A stretch of DNA of 64,000 nucleotides. It comes from Mizuhopecten yessoensis. Lineage: Eukaryota. Within the stretch, counting starts at the first letter, position 1, and every line of letters starts with the position of its first letter. Below, piece after piece: positions 40,126 to 54,100 of this stretch. The position numbers and the translations under genes were made by a program. A model generated the notes under the pieces. The model searched no databases, was not told the origin of the DNA, and was given only the letters and a program-made list of their open reading frames with translations. The DNA lies in contig NW_018403450.1 in assembly GCF_002113885.1 (NCBI RefSeq), positions 1,347,405-1,411,404 on the forward strand. The letters are read 5' to 3'.

Positions 40126-41233
40126 TATGGGGCAAAGAAGTAATTCCAACAGTGTGGAAAAGTTTAGGTTGTCAAATTTTCGGAGCGATCCGCTCCTTTT
40201 TCAAGACAACCCTAACCCTAACCCTATCATGTATGTATATAGATATATGTGTTTATGATATGTCTGGCGATGCATACATGGAAGTTTGTGGGCGATCATA
40301 TGTTAAAAGAAATAGTGGAGTTGCTAACATAATAATAGATCAATTGACCTCTGATTTATTATCTTATGACGTCTTTGAATAAGATTCTTAATCAATGACC
40401 TTTGTATTCTTATGATAACATATATCATATGTAAAGTAAGTCATGTGGATGGTCTTTCCCCATGCAAACAGTCTAGTGGAAACGGATATACAAGGAGGAA
40501 AAGAATGAACAGGAGAATGACATATTAAGGCACGGGATGTGACGAAAAATTGAGCAGCAATAGTGTATGGAATGCGAACAGTCTATCACAACGACTGTCT
40601 GCGTAGGGAAAAAACATCCACATGATTATGATTATCATAGGGTATATTTTATATTAGCATTCTAATGCAGCTTGTTTATATAGATCTTACTTATATGCAT
40701 ATATATATGCCTTTCTTGAAACAGTATGAAAATCAATCATAAAGTGTATTAACGATGACGCAACAGAAGGATTTTTCTTGACCACAATACACTGATTTTA
40801 TGAATATAAGGTATTTTGTACATGTACCATATTCTACACTGCATTTTCCCAACTCTCTGCTAACTTCCCCAGTAATTTATTCACTTCACTATCCCTAAGC
40901 TATAGTTGATATTGTTCGTTACGATGAAAGGTTACAGATTTATACAAATGTATAAACACCTGTTTCTGTCTCCAATTCATTTATGTTTTATCATATTTGT
41001 ATTATGTATTACATATGTTATGTGAATAAAACAAAGTTTAAACTAAAGAATATTTAAGCGCATTTTCCCTATTTTCAGATAGAATAACAATTACACGAAA
41101 TATATTCAGAAATAGATGCAATAAAGCAATACATATTTAAATCAACATTTACCAATGTAGAGTGTTCTATCTATTTATTTATGTGCTCCCATTTTTCTAC
41201 TTTGAAAAACATATTAAGCTGTTAATACTAGAA

Positions 41234-41416
41234 AGAACATCTAACATTACATTCATTGTCTTACCACGCACCTCTGTATGACGTAAACGTGTCACTTGAT
41301 TGTCTCGCCACTGTCCAGAGGGGTTGAGCAGTGAGAGGTTTGTCTGCTCTGCCCCTATATAAGACAGACACGGACACTGTTGGACATCATTCCCTGGCTG
41401 GACAACCCCTGAGGAG
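41234..41416 (+). promoter_or_regulatory. Core promoter and non-coding exon 1 of copy C
   Basis: TATATAA 41356-41362, TCATTC 41387-41392, donor after 41416. Confidence 0.75.
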
Positions 41417-41572
41417 GTATGTACTACTAATCTTGTACCGTTACTTACACATTAGCATAGGGACGATCTTCTCTCTTTTAGGTTTAGGTTTAAACTCTAG
41501 TGATAGATATCTAACACTAAAACTGCATTTGTAGACTGTCTATATTGGACTCCACTGAATGCTATATACCAT

Positions 41573-43296
41573 AAACTATGACAATGCATATTTTGATAAA
41601 ATGAATAGAGCTCTAAATGAAATATATTGGGAAATACTTATAATAATCTTGACTCGAAATTTCTAACAGATTCTATTAATAATCAATTAGAAGAATGTAT
41701 ACCATCCAAAATTCGAACTGTTCGCCCTAATGATAAACCTTGGATGAATAATATTATACGGCAAAAAGTAAGACAGAGAAACAGAATACATAAAAAAGAT
41801 GTAAATAACAACACTGCAATTAATTGGGAAAATTTCAGAAAGGCTAGAAATGAAATAGTAGACTTTGTTAGCAAAGCTAAAAACACTTATTATGAAAAAT
41901 TACAACAATCAATTAGTGACCAGAATGTGCCTCCTAATAAGTGGTGGAAAATTGCTAGATCTGTCATGAATTCAAATAATGTATCAAATTGTCTTCCTCT
42001 TCTTTCTAAAAATAATAACTTAATAAATCATCCATTTGAAAAAGCAGAATGTCTAAATAACTACTTCAGCTCCATATCAACTTCTTGAACCTCTTACCCA
42101 CATGAAAATACTTTTCCCTTCCTTCAAGACAATATTATTATATCTGAAGAGGACATTAAAGATCAACTGTGTTTACTTAATGATAAAAACCCTCCTGGCC
42201 AAGATGACATGATACCCAAGATAATAGAGAAATTAGCACCTTCTCTAAAATGTCCTCTAACTTTACTTTGTAATAAGACTAATGAATCTGGTATTATACC
42301 TCTTTCTTGGAAAACAGCTAATATTAATGCAATACACAAAGGTAGGGGTGCTCAAAATGATGTCTCTAACCATAGGCTAATATCTATTACATCATGTTTT
42401 CGCAAAATTGTTGCAAAAAATATTTTTAATGTTTAACATGCATTTCATTTTATATTTAAATGCCCACTCTATAACAACATTAGAATGCAATTAGTAATAC
42501 AAAATTCTCAATTTGGTATAACTGATAATCATGATAATTTTAATCTAAAAACTCTATTAAATGGGTGCTTAATATGCAGCACTGATATGAACATATCCAT
42601 TTTACAAAGTATATCTGACTAAATTTGTCAAACTAATACACTTGATATGTAATCTAGCTCACAGCTAAACTTCACATTGAAAGTGATGCTATTATTTATA
42701 GTGTCATGATCACTCTACTAATAAGTATTGATACTGGTGTATATACATTTTGTATATCTATCTTCACAACATCTCTGGTATTCGGCTCGACTGGATGGAA
42801 TTTATGAGTGTACTATTCTATAACCTGTTCTAACTATTTCATAGTAATATGAATATTCTATAGTGCTTTGTTAAATACTTTCTTTTAGAAATTCAACTCG
42901 AATAATAGATAATAATAACTACATTTTCCTATATGAATCCATATCATATTCTGAAATTTTACAAAATGTTTATTTATTGGTAACTTATCCTATATATCCA
43001 GTGGGTGGATGGCCAATGTGTTTATACACAGGGACTTTTGGGCCTATATCCCTTGGATGTTATGTAGGATGGGTTGTCAACAAATATATGATTTATCTAA
43101 TTGTTAATATCCAAAACATAAACAGAAAATGATTGAATAAAAGTTGAAAAATGTTCATTTCACAAGCTAAATTGGATTGATCTCCACTGGACTGTTTGAT
43201 TAGATTGTTAAGACAGAATATATGTAATGTTTGTAAATAAGTTTGGAAAGGACTATCCTGATGTCCAATCCAACTGATATATATAAAGTCAATAAA
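41573..43296 (+). mobile_element. 5'-truncated CR1-group LINE in intron 1 of copy C (same insertion site as in copy B)
   Basis: ORFs 41627-42088 (PNDKPWMNNIIR, PNKWWK) and 42209-42436 (SWKTANI, NHRLISITSC). The 5' junction is identical to copy B; the RT core is deleted and the 3' TSD is lost. Confidence 0.85.
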
Positions 43297-43922
43297 GTTA
43301 TTGAACTGATTTATTGTACTAAATGAATTTGGTGGTTTATTTTTTTATTTTGATCAATTATGTTTGGTACTACATCAGAAATGTTCGCAAATTCAATGCA
43401 GAAGAACAAAGTCGAAGGAGGCTCATATTCAAACGGTTACGATTTACATTTGAATTCATCAGAATATCGGAAAGTGTTAATCAATCACCATGTTATTGGT
43501 CTTATTATTATCGCGGTAGTTAATGGATAGATCTGGAAGTTAACAAATAGTAGCCACTATGGTAAGCATGTGTTTAAACATACGCATGTTTCTGTTCATG
43601 TAAATCATTTTGGCGGATATCTCATTTTCTCGACACACGTTATAAGCGATCGCCCTACTTTTGTGTCAAAAATATATTGTCATCTAAAAGATATACACAG
43701 TATTTGGGGATATCCTTACATGCAATGTTCTGTGTAGAGTTGTTTTTTCTCAAACTATTTGTACACGTATTCTTTTGATGATCAGGTCCAAAGAACCATC
43801 TATGGCTGATATTGCATGTGTTATTATGATGTTAGAGCTTAGTTACACATAAGACATGTGGGTTACAATGTACGTGATGAATTATCATGACACTTTGATT
43901 TTGTTTTCACAGATAGATCAGC

Positions 43923-46396
43923 ATGTTTGCCCTTGCTATCCTTGCCTCCCTTGCTACCGTAACCCTAGCCAACTTTCATGGTAAGTTTATTTAACATAGT
44001 GCATTACAGTATTCAAATCATTCAATCGCAGTCAACAATGATATCTAGATCTTTGGAAAGCGAATGAACCCATTGTGCTGGTAGGCGAGGCTGTTTAACA
44101 ACTAGTGTCGGTCATCAAGACAATATGTTCATAATTGTAAAATACACACAGGTCTTTGTTTTATCAAAATACTGCGCTGGTTTGATTGATATCATTTCAG
44201 TGAACATTTTATAGTGATATTTTCTACAAATAAATCTCTCTGTTAGCTTTGCTTGACAATATGTTGCGATATACCTACCAAAGTCTGTATAAATTGAAAT
44301 TTTATGATATCATGTCTTATTTTAGGCCATTATCCGATGGGTGGCTTCGTCGGCCATAGAATGCATTACGGATATCCCAAAGGCGGATTTATGATTGGTG
44401 GCGGGTATGGTGGATACAGGAAGGGAGGATACCACAAGGTGATGCACCGTCCAGTGATCGGAGGGTACCCCAAGGGAGGCCACATGGTAGCTATACCAAT
44501 CATCAAGGGAGGTTACAAAAAGGTGGGACACATCGGAGGATACCCAAAAGGTGGATTTATCGGAGGAAAGGGTGGTTTTCTCGGTGGATACCCTAAGGGT
44601 GGAATCATCGGAGGTCATGGCGGTATGATTGGTGGATACCCTAAGGGAGGAATCATAGGAGGAAAGGGTGGTATTCTTGGTGGATACCCTAAGGGTGGAA
44701 TCATCGGAGGAAAGGGTGGTATTCTTGGTGGATACCCAAAGGGAGGAATCATCGGAGGTCATGGCGGTATGATTGGTGGATATCCTAATGGTGGAATCAT
44801 CGGAGGACATGGCGGTATGAGTGGTGGATTTATCGGAGGCAATGTTGGAGGACACATTGGAGGACATATTGCCGGCGGAAGTAATGGAGCTGGACATATC
44901 GGAGGCAGTTCTGTTGGAGGTGGTTTCCGAGCTACTATCGGTGATGACTTTGGAGTTGTGTCGTCTAATGGAGGACGAGTTGTCGTTGGAGGCGATTTAG
45001 AAGGCATTTCTGGAAATGGATTGAACGTTATTTCCAGTGACGATGATTTTACAGCCATTCACTCCAACGGCGGATCCGGAGCTATTTTAGGTGATGATTT
45101 TGGAGTTACTTTTGGAAGTAATGGTGGAGCTATCGTAGGCGACGATACAAGCATTGCTTTCGGAAGAAACGGAGGTGCCATTGTCAACGACGATTTTGGA
45201 ATTGCTTTTGGAGGAAATGGAGGCGCTATTGCTGGCGATGACTTCGGAGTTTCGTTTGGAAATGGAATTGGAGTAGGTAGCGGCAACGGAATCAATAATG
45301 GAGGCAGATTTGGAGGATTTGTCGGTAGAGCGAGTCACGGATTAGGATCTATTGTTGGACTATCCAGTAGTTTTGTAGGAGGACACGGAGGCATCAGTAA
45401 GTATGATACCATCAAGATGATAATAGTATTAGCGTTTTTAATGTACAAAAATACCATAGAATTACCATTGTAATTATTGCTGTATCCAGATATTGTTATT
45501 GTTATTTTTTACATTTACCTAAATGTTGCAACTCCACAGTTTCCCCAAAATTACAATATTTACATCATACTCTCTGTATGTTACTATACAAGAGGATCCG
45601 TCTCTCTCAATTTTAAAATTGTTTCATTGAAAAGTCACAACTTATATAGGATTGATGGTTATGTTGCATTGTCATTTTGCAGTGCACAAAGGACGATTTG
45701 GAGGCATTATGAAGGGTATATTTTTCATGTTATGGAAAAAAAACGGAGTGTACTCTCATCATAAACCGTTTCGCGGTTTTTTTAGAGTACACTCCGTTTT
45801 TTGTGTTATATCTCCATAACATGAAAAATATATTCAAGTTAATCCGTCAATAATCTTGGTCATATCATTATTTATTATTTAACACTGACGGCATGAGAGA
45901 AGCTAGTAAATTTAATTTGTCTGTAAAATAAAGCTATGACCCATTGTTCAAATTAGATGTCACAATTAAGAGGACGCTAATACATATTTTCATGTTTTTC
46001 GCTATTGTTGTTTTGCAGGACATGGAGGATTTGGAGGTTTAAAGAAAGGAAACCTTGTCGGAGGTGATTATTTATTCTAAGTATCCTTACCATATGTAAA
46101 ACATGATATTGCTAGTTTAATGAAATACTGTCCCGTAGCTGAAGCTCTTACATCTGTTGATTAATACACGTATGTGTTGTATACTTAGACATTAAGGTCT
46201 AAATGTAAACATCTTTCATTTGTTCCTACTTTCAATCATTTAGAGTTTGAATTTAGGCCTTGTTCACACTTCAATAACCCTGTGTATTTTCTTATTCTAT
46301 TAGTTTTCCCTGAATTCTTTTATAACCATTATGCTTTAAAATATTGATATTGATATCTTAACGTCACTTTTATTTCCTTTTACAGGTGGATATTAA
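43923..46396 (+). CDS. Secreted Gly-rich basic/acidic block protein, copy C (~405 aa; exon 4 shortened)
   Basis: join(43923-43980,44326-45396,45683-45715,46019-46063,46386-46396). The exon-4 donor G|gtatat is inferred; skipping the exon also keeps frame. Ends GGY*. AATAAA 46726-46731. Confidence 0.85.
45717..45848. mobile_element. Small palindromic MITE-like sequence at the exon 4/intron 4 boundary of copy C
   Basis: tatatttttcatgttatgga...aaaaaacggagtgtactct pairs with agagtacactccgtttttt...tccataacatgaaaaatata. Absent from copies A and B. Confidence 0.7.
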
Positions 46397-47519
46397 TTCA
46401 AGCCAATCCAGTTGAATTAGTCCCGTGCAAATATGTAAAGGTGAGAGGGCTGTCCAGCCACGTATGATCACGTGATTATACAAACCTTGCCGCAGTTGTG
46501 ACAAGTATATTTGTTGAGGTTTCAGTTTCATGAATGGTTCTTATATAATGAGAATTCCTTTACCTTATTTTTTACCATTTGAAAGTGTTGCGGAACTTTT
46601 AGGGAAAATCTGCAGTCAAGGAAACTTTTTATTCTAAATAATGATTTCCTACGGCAAACCTTAGGTTAATAAGTTTCTTTTGGATAAGTAACATTCGTGA
46701 AACTGGGATCAGCTAAGTTATTCGAAATAAATATTGTTGGTAATTTTATACATGTTTTGTCGTTCTCTGTTCTCTCACGGTAAGTTAACATGTTTTGACT
46801 GACAGTGACGATTTAGTATCTATTTAAATGGACACACCATATATGGTGATTTATTAAGACTGGTATCATTAATAATTTACACAACAAGTTATGACTGTTA
46901 TATCATAGTTTGTGATGATGCCAAAGTTTTAACACAAAAATAATAAATTTATCATTCAAATCGATCAGAGTTGAATAACATGTTTTATAAAACAGATATC
47001 GAGTCAAAGGATAAAAATGTTTCAAAAAGAAAATGTCAATAGCAAATGCAATCAAATAATAAATGAAAGCGTTATCGTATCTGAGAGCAAAATCCTTTAA
47101 GGCCACCAGATAATGCACCACTGAATATCAAATTCTTTTAACCTGTTTGATTTCACAATAACACCAACAAATCAAAACTGCGTTCTCTCTCTCAGTGGTT
47201 ATTTCTATAATTGTTACGGGTTGATGTTGTTTTCAATGTCATAGTTTGCACCAATATTTCTGTAGATATGACTATTGTTACGTGATCGTGATAAAATAAA
47301 AATGAAATTCATGTTACTCGTTTGATTTATAAACAAATGTACGAATAAATTCGATAACCCACCCACTTCACTCGCAACAGACCAAATTAGGGACACATTT
47401 TCTTCTAATTTATACGTCAAAACTAACCATAAAAAAGTCCTTTCATAGCCCCCTATGTTAAATTGTAAGGAATTTTGAAGACGACCTGTGTTTACTTTCA
47501 ATGAAACCAGATTCTACCG

Positions 47520-47728
47520 TAACCTGACTCAACCAACGCATGACTTATCCAACACATGACTTAACCAACAAATGGCTTAACAAACACATGACTCAACCAT
47601 CATGTGATTTTACCAACATATGACCTAACCAACATACATATGTATGACTTAACCAACACATGACTCAACCAACACATGACTCAACCAACACATAACTCAA
47701 CCAACATGTGACTTAACCAACAAATGAC
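47520..47728. repeat. 16-bp satellite array downstream of copy C (~0.2 kb)
   Basis: Same unit and same flanks as the array at 33060. Confidence 0.9.
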
Positions 47729-48928
47729 TATATCAAAGCAGGAAATACTCGATACACTTCACGAGGTTACAATATGCCTTGCTTCAATGTCTAACCTTCA
47801 ATCTTTTAACTTTTACCACACATGTTCTGTTGCAATACAACTGTATTTATATCACCTATACACGTCATTGCCCAAACTTTTATTATGCTGATTACGGTTG
47901 ATATCGCTGGCATATCCTTGAACATGTCTGTTTTATTTATCAAACAAGCAAATGCATGCATCACACACAAATTATTGACGGAGGAAAGGTTTAGATGACT
48001 GGCTGCATTCATAAAGATGCTGTTTTATGATTGAAAAATCCGTTGCATTCTTAAACACAGTGAGAAAGTTTAATACCATAGTATAAACTAAATTGCAATG
48101 GTAGCTATCAATATTTGTTCGATCCAACTTCTCAAAATAACTTTGATTTGTAAGAGTGAAAGAAATTGCTTTATCAGTTAATGATTGTAAAACGCAAAAA
48201 CAAACATTGTCATATACGTTTATAACTATCCATCTATATTATTTATATTTCGTCTTTAAACAATTATTATTGGGGGCTTTTCGCATCCTTTCATGACAAT
48301 AATAAGATTTTGAGGTGCATGTCAAAGACTTAACCCGATGAAGAAGTCAATATAACTATACTCATGAGGAAGTTAGGGAAATAAACTCGTGCAGCATACC
48401 AAGTCCGTAATTATACAAGGCGTGTATCATTTTATATATAATTAGCCTTCACGAGGCTCAAACCGAAAACCTTTGTTCCATATACATGTAACCTCGCTGG
48501 AGTTTAGCTCTTTAGAATTTTGTTTTGGTATTGTTCCTTGAATTTCCAATGAAACTGAGGATATCTGATATCTACTGACAAGGAGTTTAATAAGGATGAT
48601 GTCAATGGAGAAGGCCACAGTCATCCTATCAAACGCTTGCGCGAGGTAGATCAGTGACGTTTCATTTGAAATAAAAATTATATATTCAGATCACAATGTA
48701 TTATTTCAATTGTCGCAATTACTTTTACTTTTTTATAAATTATTTTCTATAGAAATGACCTACGTAAGTGAAAAGACTCAAATAGTAACGTTTTGCTGCC
48801 CTTTTATTTCATTTATTGACATGGAAAATGACCAAATTTAGACCTACATGTAGCTATTGCAGAATGTATTCGTAACTAAGGAATAACGTTCACCACTCGA
48901 CCGGACCTTGGGCCACTTGGTCCCTTAA

Positions 48929-50203
48929 GGTGGCTCCACACATCGTCATCAGCGTCCATTTTCGTGACATACTTTTCAGGCGAGCCTTGAGAAAGCCTTG
49001 CAAGGCCTGCATACATATTTGCAGGTCCGCCAGGATTTATACCCGAAATTGTTGCATTTATAAACGGTCAAACCGGTTGCTCCGCATAAACAAACAGGCC
49101 CCTGGTAAACAATAGTACACGTGCGTGCCGATGATATGTCAACACCCGATATCGAGATTTTACCGGGAAATGTATAATAGCACGTACTTCAGGAATAAAG
49201 CTTTCCAATTCATAGACATAAACAGACTCACGGGAAGACAGTGACATGAGACCAAACGACCTCAAGAAGGTCATATAGGAAACTCATGGAATGCGGACGT
49301 ACCAACCTCACATGTGCAAGATGAGTTCATAAGCTCGAGGTCGTTACGATTTTCGCTGTTGAGGGAGTTTAGCTCTGTCGATTAAATCGTGTTTACAAAT
49401 GTAGTCTACTTACTCTGTGAAAATAATGTTTTGTAAAATATCAAGATACCTATGAAATGCATGTGTGAGTGCACGTGAGAACGGCATACCATGCGATAGC
49501 CTCTGGTCACATATGTACCTGACATGTACTTATAAATATACCGTGAGTTAGCGGACTGTGGAATGATGTCCAAAGTGTACATGACTGAGGGTAATTTGGT
49601 TCCATTAAAGAACAATAAATTGATAATTTTGATATCATATTTTTGATTTATTTCCATCATTTTTGTTATATGTAAACAGGGACAACTGTCATTGTGTAAA
49701 TGTCACCCCTCTGCAAAAAGTTCCGATTTTTTTCAAGGAAGATAACTCTTACCCGGATCGAAGTGATTGTAAAATGTAAAATAAATTAATTATAAAGCCA
49801 TTGTGTATATTTTGTTCAATTTCCCATTCTATATGTATAGATCTTTGTGTCCTGTTGGCTTTAAGCTTGTAGATAATCACTTTTATCCGTTCAAATTCAA
49901 TAAAAAACACTTTGTGTAACATGTGTTACATATTTTGCGATAAATAAAATATTTGTAGGGTTAATTAGAAATGCTTCTTTTCATTTTATTATTGTTGTTA
50001 TTGTTCCGAACAATGTCACACACACAAAAAACCGGAAAATATTAAAATTGACGAAAATACAGTTTTTAGGTATTTTTTCCAAAAAAGTCCCCAAACTATC
50101 GGAATGTTAAGATTTTCATAAAATCAACTCTACAAAGTTGCATTACCATTTTATGAAAGTTTCAACGAATTTGGCTGGTTAATTGCGAAAGTGTGGAGCC
50201 ACC
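48929..50203. mobile_element. Non-autonomous Kolobok-like element (TTAA TSD)
   Basis: TTAA-ggtggctccacac...gtgtggagccacc-TTAA, a perfect 13-bp TIR. No transposase ORF. Confidence 0.85.
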
Positions 50204-51169
50204 TTAAAAAATAAAAAGTAGTAAGATCAAGCTTTATATATAGACTTTTCTTTAATTTCTACCAACCGACCTTAAAAATCGAGTTAGAAGGTATGATATG
50301 AAGGCAATCACTGATATTCCCGAAATAAATAAACTTCTAGATAAACGCTGTCTGTATCGACATCCAAATCAATTCTCCTTCCACAATAAAACACCCTCCA
50401 TTAATGTGATATGACTATCGTAGCATAAAACACAACGTCAGTGATGTTTGTTTGGCGGATTTTCATATAGATAGACCAAAATAAAACGTCAAATTACCAA
50501 TAGTACATGCATATCCTGTTTTATTTTCCTCGTCATTGTTACAGTGTGTCTAGTTAGTTTGAACACATCCCATGACAAAAAGATTGTGTCTCCTCTCGTG
50601 ATCAGGTTTTGTTTTTTCCATGCGATTTTCTTGCGTGAAAGATGTTTTATCTTCGGTAAACAAACAACTATGTTCCTCTTCTACAAGGATAAGATACGGT
50701 TTTGGAACTTGCTAACTGGAATATTGCTCCTAAAACTCTAGATTAAGAAAGGGTTTAATAAAAAAAGTAGAAGTATCGGAATTCGGAATATATAGATTAA
50801 AACATTAACTATCCCTCACCATATCCCGTGCCCATTCTTTAACTGGAAGTAATTCCCAGAGAAATAGCTCATTAAAGCAGGTTGTTGTTTCAAAACTATA
50901 TCCTTGTCACGACAAGCCAATGAGAAAGTCAAACAAAATCAACAATCTTAATTCAGTATATGATCATTTCGTCTATTTAGGACACACCAGTGCTATTAAA
51001 TGTCAACAGAATAACTATCCATATCTAAAGTAATGATTCTATACATTAGTAACGCTACCTATGCAAACATTGTCAATTTAAAACGATAATAATACTAAAC
51101 AGTATACACTACATATTCTGCATTTGTCAACTTAAATCCCTAATATTTCTGTACAGTAAAGCGTTACAA

Positions 51170-54100
51170 CCGATACCTTTGTCAAGCTAATAACCCTAAT
51201 ATATATGTACCTTATAACGGTCCATCTGCTACCTTTGTCAAGCTAGTAACCCTAATATTGATGTACCTTATAACGCTCAAGTTGATTCCTTTGTCAAGCT
51301 AGTAACCCTAATATATATGTACCTTATAACGGTCCATCTGATACCTTTGTCAAGCTAGTACCCCTTATATTTATGTACATTATAACGTTCTAGCTAATGC
51401 CTTTGTCAAGCTAATAACCCTAATATATATGTCCCTTATAACGGTCCATCTGCTACCTTTGTCGAGCCAGTAACCCTAAACTTTCTGTACCTTATACCGC
51501 TCCAGCTGATACCTTTGTCAAGCGAGTAACCCTAATATTGCTGTACCTTACAAAGCTCCAGTTGATACCTTTGTCAGGCTAGTACCCCTACTATAACTGA
51601 ACCTTCTAACGCTCCATCTGATACCTTTGTCAAGCTAGTAACCCTACTATATCTGTACCTTATAATGCTCTAGCCGATACCTTTGTCAAGCTAGTAACCC
51701 TTATATTTATGTACATTATAACGTTCTAGCTAATGCCTTTGTCAAGCTAATAACCCTAATATTTATGTACCCTATCACGCTCAATATTTTACATTTGTCA
51801 AGCTAGTAACCGTAATATTTATGTACCTTATAACGCTCCATCTGATACCTTTGTCAAGCTAGCAACCCTAATATTTATGTACATTATAACGTTCTAGCTG
51901 ATGCCTTTGTCAAGTTAATAACCTAATATTTATGTACCCTACAACGCTCAATATGATACCTTTGTCAAGCTAGTAACCCTAATATTTATGTACTTTATAA
52001 CGCTCCATTTGATACCTTTGTCAAGCTAGTAACCCTAATATTTCTGCACCCTATAACGCTCCAGTTGATACCTTTGTCAAGCTAGTAACCCTAATATTGA
52101 TGTACCTTATAACGCTCGAGTTGATACCTTTGTCAATCTAATAACCCTAATATTGCTGTACCATATAACGCTCCAGTTGATACCTTTGTCAAGCTAGTAA
52201 CCCTAATATTGATGTACCTTATAACGCTCCAGCTGATACCTTTGTCAAGCTAGCAACCCTAATATTGCTGTCCCCTATAACGCTCCAGTTGATACCTTTG
52301 TCAGGCTAGTAACCCTTCTATATCTGAACCTTATAACGCTCCATCTGATACCTTTGTCACGATAATAACCCTAATATTGCTCTACCTAATAACGCTCCAG
52401 CTGATACCTTTGTCAAGCTAGTAACCGTAAACTTTCTGTACCTTATAACAATCCAGCTGATACCTTTGTCAAGCTAGCAACCCTAATATTGCTGTACCCT
52501 ATAACGCTCCAGTTGATACCTTTGTCAAGCTAGTAACCCTAATATTGCTTTACCTTATAACGCTCCATCTAATACCATTGTCAAGCTAGTAACCCTAATA
52601 TTGATTTACCTTATAACGCTCCATCTAATACCATTGTCAAGCTAGTAACCCTAATATTGCTGTACCCTATAACGCTCCAGTTGACACCTTTGTCAGGCTA
52701 GTAACCCTACTATATCTGTACCTTATAACGCTCTAGCCGATACCTTTGTCAAGCTAGTAACCCTAATATTGCTTTACCTTATAACGCTCCATCTAATACC
52801 TTTGTCAAGCTAGTAACCCTAATATTTATGTACCTTATAACGCTTCAGTTGACACCTTTGTCAAGCTAGTAACCCTAATATTGCTTTACCTTATAACGCC
52901 CCAGATGATACCTTTGTCAAGCTAGCAACCCTAATATTGCTTTACCTTATAACGCTCCATCTAATACCTTTGTCAAGCTAGGAACCCTAATATTTATGTA
53001 CCTTATAACGCTTCAGTTGACACCTTTGTCAAGCTAGTAACCCTAATATTGATGTACCTTATAACGCTCCAGTTGATACCTTTGTCAATCTAGTAACACT
53101 TATATGTATGTTCCCTATAACGCTCAAGTTGATACCTTTGTCAGGCTAGTAACCCTACTATATCTGTACCTTATAACGCTCTAGCCGATACCTATGTCAA
53201 GCTAGTAACCCTTATATTTATGTACATTATAACGTTCTAGCTGATGCCTTTGTCAAGCTTATAACCCTAATATTTATGTACCCTATAACCCTCAATATTT
53301 TACCTTTGTCAAGCTAGTAACCGTAATATTTATGTACCTTATAACGCTCCATCTGATACCTTTGTCAGGCTAGTAACCCTACTATATGTGTACCTTATAA
53401 CGCTCCATCTGCTACCTTTGTCAAGCCAGTAACCCTAAACTTTCTATACCTTATAACGCTCCAGCTGATACCTTTGTCAATCTAGTAACCCTGATATTGC
53501 TGTAACATATAACGCTCCAGTTGATACCTTTGTCAATCTAATAACCCTAATATTGCTGTACCACATAACGCTCCAGTTGATACCTTTGTCAATCTAGTAA
53601 CCCTGATATTGCTGTACCATATAACGCTCCAGATGATACCTTTGTCAATCTAATAACCCTAATATTGCTGTACCACATAACGCTCCAGTTGATACCTTTG
53701 TCAATCTAGTAACACTTATATGTATGTACCCTATAACGCTCAAGTTGATACCTTTGTCAATCTAGTAACCCTAATATGTATGTACCCTATAACGCTCCAT
53801 ATGATACCTTTGTCAAGCTAGTAACCCTAATATTGCTTTACTTTATAACGCCCCAGATGATACCTTTGTCAAGCTAGCAACCCTAATATTTATGTTCATT
53901 ATAACGTTCTAGCTGATGCCTTTGTCAAGCTAGTAACCCTAATATTGATGTACCTTATAACGCTCCAGTTGATACCTTTGTCAATCTAATAACCCTAATA
54001 TTGCTGTACCACATAACGCTCCAGTTGATACCTTTGTCAATCTAGTAACCCTGATATTGCTGTACCATATAACGCTCCAGTTGATACCTTTATAACGTTC

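Noticed and set aside
11853-48529. Triplication as an uncollapsed-haplotype artefact
   Set aside because: There are three copies with many private insertions and deletions and a defined end-to-start junction. An artefact is unlikely, though long reads are needed to exclude it fully.
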